A stretch of DNA of 64,000 nucleotides from an uncultured delta proteobacterium (GTDB taxonomy: Bacteria; Myxococcota_A; UBA9160; UBA4427), in assembly GCA_963822965.1 (NCBI GenBank), contig CAWGJT010000005.1, positions 832,001 through 896,000 on the forward strand, given 5' to 3'. The stretch's first letter is position 1. Each line of letters starts with the position of its first letter. Shown here piece by piece: positions 10,368 through 20,107 of the stretch. The translations under genes were made by a program, and so were the position numbers. The notes below the pieces were generated by a model. It was not told where the DNA came from. It saw nothing but the letters and a program-made list of their open reading frames with translations, and ran no database searches.

Positions 10368-13300
10368 TCACGGAGCGGCCGAGATGACGTCGACCGTGGT
10401 GGTCCGCGTCTGTTGCACGGGCGGCACGTAGCCACCCGGCTCCGCGTTGCCGAGGGTGCTCACCGGCGCCACGAAGCAGTCGATGTCGATCGAGCGCGGG
10501 TTGTTGCACTGCTTGGGGTCGCTCGGGTCGCCCTGCGCCTCACGGATGAACGGCGGCTGTACCACCTGGGTACCGATCAGGTTCCGCAGGAAGCGCATGG
10601 GGAAGTGCCGGTTCATCAGCCGCGCTGCCACCACCAGCTCCTTGCCCGCCAGCTCCGGCGGGACCTCGACCTCGTACTCGAAGGTGCGCGGCTGGAAGGG
10701 CGGCATCGAGTTGAAGTTGAACGGGTGGTTCTGGATGAAGACCGACTCCGAGGGCCGACCGTTCAGCTCGAGGCTGGCCTGGACGTTGCAGGTGCCGTTC
10801 GGGCAATCGATCGCCCGACGTCACGTTGGTGCAGGTCGCACCCGGGTTGTCGCTCTCCGACGGAGCACTCGCCGTTGATGAGGCACACGCTGGCCGCCCT
10901 GCGCCCCGCAGCGTACAGGTGAGATTCAAGAAGCAGCTCACCGGGTTGTTGGGGTCGGGAAGCTTCGGATCACCGTTCGTCTGGCGCGGATCGGCGGGGT
11001 CGACGCACACGCCGTTCGCCGAGTTGCGGAACTGGTTCTGGAAGTTGGTGATGCCCTTGTTCTCGACGTTGCAGGGCCCGACGTTGCCGCAGTTGTTGGA
11101 GAGCGGGCAGTCGGCGTTCACGCTGCACGCGAGCCCCGAGCGGGGCCCTCCCACGCAGATCTCGGTCGGCTGACAGAGATTGCCCATCGGATCGCCGCAG
11201 TCGGCGCTCAGCGAGCACGGCTGCCCGTCGTTCGGACCGCCGTTGCACGCGCGCGACTCCAGCACGCACTCCTGCTGCCCGAGGTCGCTGTAGAAGCTCG
11301 CGCACTCGGGGTCGCCCGAGTCGCAGCACTCGAGCTCCGGGAAGCCCGAGCAGCGGAACAGGCACGGTCCCGCCGGACCGCAGTCGGCGTCGTCCTGGCA
11401 CGAGGCCCGGGCGAGGTCGTGGGCGCAGCGGCCGCGCTCGTTGCCGTCGGAGAGCTCGATCTCGGGCACGCACGGGCCGAGGTCCGCGTCGCCGTCCATG
11501 CACATGGGGTTGCCGAAGCCCGGCGCCGTGAAGCCCGGACCGTCGGCGGGCGTCATCGCCGGATCGCACATGCGCGCCTGGAACGGGAAGGCGGGATCGG
11601 TGCCGAGGTCGATGCCCGAGCCGGCGGCGATGGCCGCCCGGTAGGTCTCCTCGGTGGCCTCGGCGCAGATGTACTGGATGCTGAGGGCGCGGCCCTCGGC
11701 ACCCGGCTTCACCTCGACGCGGGGATCGCCCGGCAGGCCGCGCACCCGGGTCCCGGCCACCACGAGGAAGTCCTCGGGATCCTCGTCGTCGAGGCTGCCG
11801 TCGGGGGTCATCTCGCCGGTCTCGGGGTGGGCCTTGTCGAGCAGGAAGCCCGAGCGGTAGACGCAGCCGGCTTGCTCGAGGGCCGTGGCACCCACCGGGT
11901 CGCGCGAGTCCTCGGCCCCGGTGGCGATGGTGCCCTGCATGTTGCACGGGGCGTTCGGATCGAAGGGATCGAGGGCGCCGAGCTTGTCGGCCTCCTGGAC
12001 GTACACCTGCATCCAGTTCTGGCGCTCGTGGGAGAAGCCCGCCGGGAAGCGATGTCCGACGCCGACGTTCTCGACGGTCACCTCCACGTCGAGCTCGCCG
12101 CCCGCGACGACGGAGGCGGGCGTCGAGTCCACGGTGATCTTGAAGCCCGAGTCGATCAGCTCCTGACGCCGGCGTGCCTGCTCGGACTGGCCCGGGAAGC
12201 GCACGAGCGGCAGGTCCACGCCCGCCATGAAGTGGGTGGACACACGCCGCGCCGGGAGCGCCTGGGAGACGTTGCTCTGGGATCCTTCGAGCGCCGCGAG
12301 ATCCTGGGAGTAGAGGTCGTTCTTCTGGACGACCACCGGGGTGACGCCCGAGAAGTCGATGAGGGGCGTCTCGGGGAAGTTCGACATGTGGCAGTCCTGG
12401 CAGGTGATCACCTGGCCGCCGAAGGGGCTCGAGACGTTGCAGGGGCCCTCGTCGAAGCCGTTGACCATGCACTGGGCGTCGGACGTGCACGCACGGAACG
12501 AGTTGCCCTGGCAGAAGGTCAGCTCCGGGATGGTTGTAGAGGCTGATCTGCCACTCGCTGAAGAGGTTCTCCACCCGGCGGTAGCCCGCGTTGCGCGGGT
12601 CGCCCACGGCGGGCGTGCCGCCCTGGGGCGTCCCCGGCAGCGAATCCTTGTCGGCGTTCTCCGCCACGCAGGGGCCGCAGTCGTTGCCGCTGCAGCCGAC
12701 GTTCAGGTTCAGGCAGTCGGCGTCGACGCTGCAGACGTGGCTCGGCTGCTCCTGGCACGACTTGAGGATCGCGTTCACGAAGGGCGGGCGGACGTCGTGG
12801 CACGACGCGCAGAACATGCTGCTGCGGTAGAAGTTGCCGTCGGGCCGGTCGAGCTCGCCGGCGCCCACGTTGCGGCGCGTGAGCGGGGAGACGGTCTCGT
12901 CGTTGGGATCGTCGATGCCGCGCTGGAAGAGGTTCTGGGCGGTGTTGCTCGGCACCGCGCAGTCCACGGAGTTCTCACAGGCCTGCCCGGCGCGGGCGCT
13001 CGCCGCGCCGCACGTGAAGGCGACGCCGTCGAAGCCGCAGCCGCCGCAGTCCCGGTCGCTGCTGCAGACGGTGCCGCCGGGGGCGCTGCCGAGGGGCCCG
13101 CCCTGGCACAGCCCGCGGGCGCAGTAGGGAAGCTCCTCACAGGTGACCGCCGTGGGCCGCAGGATGTTCGCGCTCGCCTGGGGGTTCGCGACGCCGCCCC
13201 GGCGATCGGTCTGGTCGTAGGGCACCACCAGGGGCGAGTCGACCCGGGCGGACTCGTGGAAGGCGTTCAGCACCGGCGGCAGGGTGTCGTTCGCGACGCC

Positions 13301-14551
13301 CTGGCCCTGGGTGGCCGATGCGATGGGATAGGGGCCGAGGCGCAGCCGGCGCCCATCCGCCTCGGCGCTCCGCTCGGCGATGTCGATGGAGAGCACGCCC
13401 GCCGAGTCCGACTCGCGGAAGAGATCGCACGAGCGCTGGTGGTTCGGGAGCATGTTGTGGCACGACTCGCAGTTGATGCCCTCCTGGGCCTCGGGGAAGT
13501 AGTAGCTGGTGGCCGGCGTGATGATGCACGGGCCGCAGTCCTGGCCGGACGGGCAGCCGTTCTGACCCGCCGCGCAGTCGCTGTCGTCCACGCAGTGGAC
13601 GAGCCGCCGCGGGAAGAGGGTGTTCTGGTTCGCCGGCGGCATGTTCGAGCAGGTGCGACCCTCGAACTGGACGCACAGGCCGGGGCCGCCGCACACGTCG
13701 ACCGACGTCGCGTTCGTGCACTCCATGAGGCGGTTGGCGACGTTGGGCGAGTTGGGCGCGCACACGAACGGGATCACCGGCTGGACGTCCGCGAAGCCGC
13801 CGTTGTTTCCGCCGTAGCGCCCCTCGAGACCGATGAACGCCATCGGGGCGTGGCAGGGAAGGCAGAAGTTCCCGACGCCACCCGCCTGGGAGATGCCCCC
13901 ATTCGCGTCGATGAGGAGACCGGCGCCGAAGCTGTTCTGGCCGGCGGCCACGAGCGAGTAGAAGGTCGGGCTGATGCCCGTGTAGGCGTGGGGGCTGGTG
14001 CGCCACTCGTTGAACTGGCGCGGGTGGCAGAACTTGCAGTCCGCGGAGTTGCTGAACGGACGCGCCGCCTCGAAGCCGGGCGGGCTGGGGGGCGGGACCA
14101 CGCCGGCGCCGTCACCGCTGGGATCCGGGTCGAGCCCTGCCGTGGCGCGCTTCGCCATGGCGATGTCGCGCATCCCCACCACGCCGTCGCCGTCGAGATC
14201 GGCGTCCTCGTCGTATCCGGCCTCGCCGAAGACGCGGCCGAACGTGGTCCGGAAGGCCTGCACGATCGCCGACAAGAGCGAGGGCGTGCTGCCGGCGGCG
14301 CCGCCTCCCGACGTCGGCTCGGAGCGGGTCGTCGTCTCGCCGGAGGTCTGGGTCGTCGGGCTCGAACCGCCTCCGCCGAAGACCAGGACCTCGGACGTCG
14401 TGGTGATCTCGCCACTGGCGCTGCCGCCGCTGGAGACCGGGGCCGGAGCGGCCGCGCTGCCGCCCTCGTCGCTCGGGGGCTGGGGCTCGCTGCAGGCTAG
14501 GCCGAAGGCGAGCGCCGCTGCCAGGGCCAGAAGGAACCACCACCTACTCAT
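10368..14551 (-). CDS. Large (~1400 aa) Cys-rich pentaheme c-type cytochrome lipoprotein, c554-like N-terminal heme domain (reconstructed across frameshifts)
   Basis: Lipobox 'AFGLAC'; Ser/Thr/Gly linker; EF-hand/dockerin-like 'DADLDGDGVVGMRD'; CKFCH, CLPCH, CESCH, CASCH, CQDCH; many CxxxxDC modules. Joined from ORFs 10970-14665, 10540-12468 and 10368-10706. Confidence 0.75.
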
Positions 14552-14909
14552 ACCCGCCCCCTTCCCGCTCGCCCGCTCGCTCGCACTGGCCGCCAATGAT
14601 CCGCATCCGCCCACATCCGGCCCGCGCCCGGAGCAGGCGCCCTTCCACCGATTCACCGGGAGCACCCCGGACGGGGTTACCTCCGGCGAGGTAGCGGGTC
14701 AACTCCGGAAACGAGAATGCTAGGTGAGGGGGCTCCGCAGTGGGCCAACCCTCTGGAAGATCGAAGCGAATTCTGGATACCCCGCCTGGTCGCGACCCTC
14801 TGCGACCCACCTGTTCCACCCGCGACCGACCTGGTCCTCGCGCCCGAGCACCGGGCAGGGAACCACACACGCCGCCATCTGCGTTCCGACGAACCCCGCC
14901 CGCCTACTA

Positions 14910-14939
14910 TCGCTACTCCGCGAGCGAGTCCCGTGTCAA
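14910..14939 (-). promoter_or_regulatory. Possible sigma70-type promoter for the cytochrome/porin operon
   Basis: Perfect TTGACA on the minus strand (14939-14934) in an AT-richer divergent intergenic region; -10 match is weak. Confidence 0.25.
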
Positions 14940-15080
14940 GCTTTTTTGGCGGGATTTTCCGATCCGATACGGGGACATCCGTTGCGACTTGCGACCGGGG
15001 GGTTTCGGTTACCATGCAGCCCGCGGTTCACGAGCCGCCACACACCGACGACGCCTGTCCGACGCCTGGGAGAGCTCCGC

Positions 15081-16934
15081 ATGCTGCGATCGCCCCGACG
15101 CGCATCCCGCACCGACTTCCCTCACACCACTCCCGTCCCGAGCACGAACCCGGGACGCGCGGTGCTCGCACTCGTCGCAGCCGGGCTCCTGATGGCCGGC
15201 TTCGTGTCTGCCGCGAGCGCCCAGGAGGGGGACACCGAGGGGTTCCAGGCCTACGTGAACACCACGGCCCTGAACCTGCGCTCGGCACCGGGCACCCAGG
15301 CGAACGTGGTGGGCATCCTGCTCAAGTACGATCGCATCACGGTGCAGGAGCAGACCCGGATCGGGCCCGCCACGTGGTACTCGGTCGAGGCCGCCGGCGG
15401 CTACACGAACGGATGGGTGAACGCCCGCTACGTCGAGTTCGGCGAGGCGCCCTCCGGCGCCCTCCCCGAAGGCCCGGTGGACTACGGTGCGAAGCAGACG
15501 CCCACCATCATCAAGGGCGACTTCAAGTACCAGGGTCCCGGCGTCTGCCGCGAGTGCCACCTCGAGCCGACGGGCGACTTCCACCTGGGCGCTTCGGTGG
15601 TGTGGCAGCGCCACGTGCACTCCCAGGCGTTCCAGAGCCTCAAGCGCGAGTACACGAAGGAGATCGCGCGGCGCACCCGCGGCGTCGATGATCCGGTCAA
15701 CGACTGGCGCTGCGTGAAGTGCCACACGACGGCCTACGGCGCCCCCGAGAGCCAGATCGCCCCGAGCTACTCGAACGAGGACGGCGTCACCTGCGAGGTG
15801 TGCCACGGGCCATCGAGCCGGTGGGCGAAGGTCGACCACGGCCCCGACGTTCCGAACCGCGAGGCGATGGGCTTCCGCATCCTCAGGAACCTGGACCAGC
15901 GACGGGTGGTCTGCACCAGCTGCCACAACCCGGCGAGCCCCACCTACGTTCCCTTCAACCTGCGCGAGTTCTCCCGGGACATCGCCCACTGGGTCGACCC
16001 CGGAGACAAGGCCTACTACGCCGACGCCACCGCCGAAGCGAAGCGGCGCCAGGCCGCCGTCGAGAACGCACGCCAGGCCAAGGCCGAGCAGGAGCTCGCC
16101 GCGCGCCGCAAGGCCGAGGAGACCGCACAGGCCTCGAAGGAGGACGAAGAGGCCGCGCGCATGCAGGCCGAGAAGGCCGCCAAGGAGAAGGCCGAGAAGG
16201 AGAAGGCCGAGCAGCAGCGCCTGGCGGCCCTCTCCGCCCAGGACCGCGCCGAGGCCGAGCGCATGCAGGCCGAGAAGGCGAAGGCCGAGGCCCAGGCCGA
16301 AGCCGAGAAGAAGAAAGCCGAAGCCGAGAAGAAGAAGGCCGAAGCCGAGCGCCAGAAGGCCGAGGCGGCCGCCGAGGCGAAGCGCATGGAGGAAGCCGAG
16401 CGCCAGAAGGCCGAGGCCGAGCGCCAGAAGGCCGAAGCGGCCCTGGCCCAGCAGAAGGCCGGCGAGGCGGAGCGCGCGAAGGCCGCGGAGAAGACCCGCA
16501 AGCAGGCCGAGAAGCAGGCTCTCGAGAGCGCGTCGAAGTCGAAGGGCGTCGAGCGCTTCCTGGAAGACGTGGACGAGGTGATCATCCTCAACCCCAACGG
16601 CAAGAAGTACAACAAGGTGAAGTTCAACCACCTGGCGCACGCGTCGAAGAAGTACCTGCCCGACGGCGAGTGCCAGACCTGTCACCACACCCAGGAAGGC
16701 GACGAGTCACCCGAGGCCTGCAACAGCTGCCACGACATCGGTGGCGACGCCGACGAGGACAAGGCCAAGAAGCGCTACGTACACACCAAGGACCTGGGCT
16801 TCCCCAAGGAAGGCGACCAGGAGCAGGTGAGCTGCGTGGGCTGTCACAAGTCGCAGAACGAGCTGCTCGCCATGGGCAAGCGGTCGGGCAAGAAGGCGCC
16901 GACGAAGTGCACCCACTGCCACGAGCGGAAGTAG
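15081..16934 (+). CDS. Secreted octaheme cytochrome: SH3b domain + c554-like tetraheme + long E/A/K helical spacer + cytochrome c3-like tetraheme
   Basis: Signal peptide ending ASA-Q; SH3b 'ALNLRSAPG...GWVNARYV'; CRECH, CVKCH, CEVCH, CTSCH; AEK-rich linker; 'VKFNHLAH', CQTCHH, CNSCH, CVGCH, CTHCH. Confidence 0.82.
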   Translation: MLRSPRRASRTDFPHTTPVPSTNPGRAVLALVAAGLLMAGFVSAASAQEGDTEGFQAYVNTTALNLRSAPGTQANVVGILLKYDRITVQEQTRIGPATWYSVEAAGGYTNGWVNARYVEFGEAPSGALPEGPVDYGAKQTPTIIKGDFKYQGPGVCRECHLEPTGDFHLGASVVWQRHVHSQAFQSLKREYTKEIARRTRGVDDPVNDWRCVKCHTTAYGAPESQIAPSYSNEDGVTCEVCHGPSSRWAKVDHGPDVPNREAMGFRILRNLDQRRVVCTSCHNPASPTYVPFNLREFSRDIAHWVDPGDKAYYADATAEAKRRQAAVENARQAKAEQELAARRKAEETAQASKEDEEAARMQAEKAAKEKAEKEKAEQQRLAALSAQDRAEAERMQAEKAKAEAQAEAEKKKAEAEKKKAEAERQKAEAAAEAKRMEEAERQKAEAERQKAEAALAQQKAGEAERAKAAEKTRKQAEKQALESASKSKGVERFLEDVDEVIILNPNGKKYNKVKFNHLAHASKKYLPDGECQTCHHTQEGDESPEACNSCHDIGGDADEDKAKKRYVHTKDLGFPKEGDQEQVSCVGCHKSQNELLAMGKRSGKKAPTKCTHCHERK

Positions 16935-17010
16935 CCGAGCGAGGAGCTGGCCGGGCGGGACGGGGGCAGGCGCCGATCCCACCCGCCTGGACGCGGGGCC
17001 GGGGCTCGGG

Positions 17011-19143
17011 TCAGATCCCGCCCTTGCGGGCCAGCTTGATGCCCACATTGCGCAGGAAGCCGATGGGGAGCTCGGCGCCGATCAGCGCGAAGATCATCGT
17101 GTTGGCGATCTCGCGCTCGCCGTCCGGCGTCTTCAGGACCGCTGTCGTCGCGCGGATCTCGCCCATCTGGGACGAAGCCACGATCTCCAGCTGTCCCTCC
17201 GCGGCGGCCGCGTCGACGTCGCTCGAGTTCTTCGGCGTGATGCCGGCGAGCACGGTGCCGCGATGGGAGAGGGTCACCCGGTTGAGCAGCTCGGGCTGCG
17301 ACAGGGCCAGGGCGGCCTCCACGGCCGCGTTGCCGCCGCCCACCACCAGGATGTCCTGCTCGCGATACTCGGCGGCGTCGATCAGGTTGTAGGCGACGCG
17401 CTCGGGGGTCTCTCCGTCCACGCGCAGGCGCCGGGGCGTTCCGCGCATGCCGATCGCCAGCACCACGTTGTGGGTTCGGTACGTCTTGCCGCCCCGCACC
17501 TCGACCGCGAAGCCCCCTTCCGGGTGGGGCTGAATGTCGATCACCTCTTCGCGCTCGCGCATCACGACGCCGGTGCGGGCGATGATGTCCTCCCAACGGC
17601 GCACCAGGGCGTCCTTCGACTCGTCGTCCTCCTGGAAGAACGACCCGTAGTCGGGGATGTCGACCGGCGCGGCCTGGATGATCTTGGCGCGCGGGTAGTC
17701 GCGAATCGTGGCGGCGGCGGTGCTCTTCTCGCACACCACGTAGGCGAGACCGAGGCTCTGGGCGCGGGTGGCGGCGCCGAGCCCCGCCGGCCCGGAGCCG
17801 GCGATGAGCAGGTCGAGCACCCGGTCCTCGGGCGGAGTCTCGTCGGCCGCGGCGCCCGCGCCGCCCTTGTCCTTGCCCATGCGGTTGGCGACGAAGTCGA
17901 CCACGTCGAAGCCCGACTTCATGGCCCGGTTCACGAGCGGCACCCCGGCGAGCTCCCCGATGATGTAGAGGCCGGAGACGCTCGTCTCGTAGTGGGGCGA
18001 GAGGACGGGAACCTCGGGGACGCGCTGCGGCGCCACGTCGGGGTTGGCGGACGCCACCCGGCGCCCGCCCTCGGGCAGGCGCCGCCACGTCAGCACCCAG
18101 CCCGTGCCGCCGAGACCCAGAAAGAGCGCGAGCCAGGGGGTGAACGTCAGGTCGGCGGCCCGACCCCACACGTCCCAGCCCGCGGAACGGGCCTCGTCGT
18201 TCGGCGCCTCGGGGAAGTCGGCTTCGGCGCCGTGGCCGTGCAGCTCGTGGCACGCGGCGCACTCGACTACCGCGCCGCGCTCGTCGTCGGACGCTTCCCC
18301 GCCGTCCGCGATCCCGGTCTCTTCGGCCACCACGGCCCAGCTCGCGTCCTCGGGCTGGTGGGCGTGGCACCCGAAGCAGGTCGCGAGCCGGGTCGCCGTG
18401 CTCGCCACGGGCAGCGCCGATCCCATCTCGTCCGCGTCGCGGATGCCGGTGTGACAGGCTTCGCAGCCCGCCTCGAGATGCTCCTCCGAGTGGCTGAAAG
18501 CGATGCGCGGGAAGCGCTCGAGCTCCAGCGTCACCATGCCGCGGCCCACGGCCTTCTGGAAGCCGGCGTCGTTCCAATCGTCGTGGCACTCGCGACAGCC
18601 CGACCAGCGCACCAGTTGCTCGCCGCCGCGCGTCGCCTCGGCGGTCTCGCCCACGAAGTGGCAGGTCTTGCAGTTCGGGTCGTCGCGGATGTCCGCCTCT
18701 TCGAAGTGCTCCTTGTGGGAGAACTTGCGGAAGGCCCGGGCCTGGGCGCGCTGGGTCGAGCCCGGATCGACGAAGCGCAGCATCTCGCCGTCGACCGCGT
18801 GCGCCGGCACCGCGGCGATGGAGGGATGGGCGTGGCAGCCCGCGCAGTCCTCTCGCGCGTCCGCGACCAGCGACGCGTCGGCGCCCCGATGCTCGGGGTG
18901 GCACTCCGCGCACGAGATTCCCGCGCGCCCGTGCGCGTTCGCGTCGGGCAGCGCGCCGTGACAGCTCTCGCAGCCGCTGGCCACGCCCTGGAACGGCGCG
19001 TGACAGGCCCGGCAGTCGAGATCGAGCTGGGCATGGGTGTCCGACAACGGTCCGGGTGAGAGCACCGGCGCCTCGCCGAAGACCAGCAGCCCGGCCGCCA
19101 GGGCGCCGAGGCCGAGAACGGCGGCGTAGACCCGCAGGATCAC
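17011..19143 (-). CDS. Nonaheme cytochrome c fused via a TM helix to an FAD/NAD(P)-dependent (TrxB/YpdA-like) oxidoreductase
   Basis: Nine CxxCH; TM 'FTPWLALFLGLGGTGWVLTW'; 'ETSVSGLYIIGE', 'IAGSGPAG' and 'VVGGGNAA' motifs; GTG start at 19143. Confidence 0.82.
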   Translation of the reverse strand: MILRVYAAVLGLGALAAGLLVFGEAPVLSPGPLSDTHAQLDLDCRACHAPFQGVASGCESCHGALPDANAHGRAGISCAECHPEHRGADASLVADAREDCAGCHAHPSIAAVPAHAVDGEMLRFVDPGSTQRAQARAFRKFSHKEHFEEADIRDDPNCKTCHFVGETAEATRGGEQLVRWSGCRECHDDWNDAGFQKAVGRGMVTLELERFPRIAFSHSEEHLEAGCEACHTGIRDADEMGSALPVASTATRLATCFGCHAHQPEDASWAVVAEETGIADGGEASDDERGAVVECAACHELHGHGAEADFPEAPNDEARSAGWDVWGRAADLTFTPWLALFLGLGGTGWVLTWRRLPEGGRRVASANPDVAPQRVPEVPVLSPHYETSVSGLYIIGELAGVPLVNRAMKSGFDVVDFVANRMGKDKGGAGAAADETPPEDRVLDLLIAGSGPAGLGAATRAQSLGLAYVVCEKSTAAATIRDYPRAKIIQAAPVDIPDYGSFFQEDDESKDALVRRWEDIIARTGVVMREREEVIDIQPHPEGGFAVEVRGGKTYRTHNVVLAIGMRGTPRRLRVDGETPERVAYNLIDAAEYREQDILVVGGGNAAVEAALALSQPELLNRVTLSHRGTVLAGITPKNSSDVDAAAAEGQLEIVASSQMGEIRATTAVLKTPDGEREIANTMIFALIGAELPIGFLRNVGIKLARKGGI

Positions 19144-19207
19144 GTCCGCACCTCGTCGGAGCACCGGCCCGCACGTCCGTCGAGCCCAGAGCGTCGAGTC
19201 GTCCGCA

Positions 19208-20089
19208 CTAGTAGTACGCGACCGAGAGCAGGTGGAGCACGACGAGCGCCCCGGCACCGATTGCCAGGGCGTCGTGCGCCAGCAGCCAACCCACCGACAG
19301 CTCGAGGTGGTAGAGGTTGAGATCGAGCCGGCCCTTCTGCTCCGCCAGGTCGATCAGCTCGCGGAACTTGGAGACGTCCGGCTCCTCCATGCCCTCGAGC
19401 AGGCGCCACAGGCGGCCGCGCAGCAGGGCGCCCGGGTCCTGCCGCCGCAAGGTGGCCTCGAAGAGCCGCATGCGGGGAGGCTCCCCCCGCAGCTGGGGGC
19501 GGATCTCCGCCACGTAGGTGTCGACGAGGCGCTCGGAGCCGCCGAGGATCTTCTCCTCCGCCTCCACGTAGATGGCGTTTCGCCGCGCCTCCACGTCCTG
19601 GAGCCGCACCTCGCGCTCGACGATGCCGAGCATCGAACGGGGCAGCCAGAACTGCAGCAGCGCCCCGAATACCCCGCTGGCCACGACGAGGCCGCAGAGG
19701 ACGAGCAGGGCGGACTCCACCCAGGTTCCCCGGCTCGCGCCGGTGTGCCACCACAGCGCCAGCACGAACAGCGTGCCGAACACCAGGTGGGCGGTCCTCC
19801 AGCTCCGCAGGCGGTCGAGCCGCACGGCGAGGTCGCGCAGGGGTCGCAGCAGGCCGACGGTCGTGAACGGGCGGAGCAGCACCAGCGAGACGCGCACCGT
19901 CCGGCGCCGCACGAAGTAGAAGGCGGCCAGGCCCATGAGCAGCAGGGTGAGCGCCCCGCTCGCCACGTCCTCCAGCGGGGAGCGCCCGGCCGCCACCGCC
20001 GCGAGCCCGGCCAGCCCCGCGACGCCCAGCAGCAGCAGCGGTCCGCGGAGCGCCGGCGCCCCAGGGTCGGCGATGCCGGCCCGTCGCAC
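19208..20089 (-). CDS. Polytopic membrane protein with TM histidines (ferric-reductase/cytochrome b-like)
   Basis: About six hydrophobic segments with His in 'WRTAHLVFG', 'LWWHTG', 'WLLAHD', 'VVLHLL'. The true start may be ~20111. Confidence 0.6.
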   Translation of the reverse strand: MRRAGIADPGAPALRGPLLLLGVAGLAGLAAVAAGRSPLEDVASGALTLLLMGLAAFYFVRRRTVRVSLVLLRPFTTVGLLRPLRDLAVRLDRLRSWRTAHLVFGTLFVLALWWHTGASRGTWVESALLVLCGLVVASGVFGALLQFWLPRSMLGIVEREVRLQDVEARRNAIYVEAEEKILGGSERLVDTYVAEIRPQLRGEPPRMRLFEATLRRQDPGALLRGRLWRLLEGMEEPDVSKFRELIDLAEQKGRLDLNLYHLELSVGWLLAHDALAIGAGALVVLHLLSVAYY

Positions 20090-20107
20090 GCGCCGAGGAG
20101 GCGGCGC

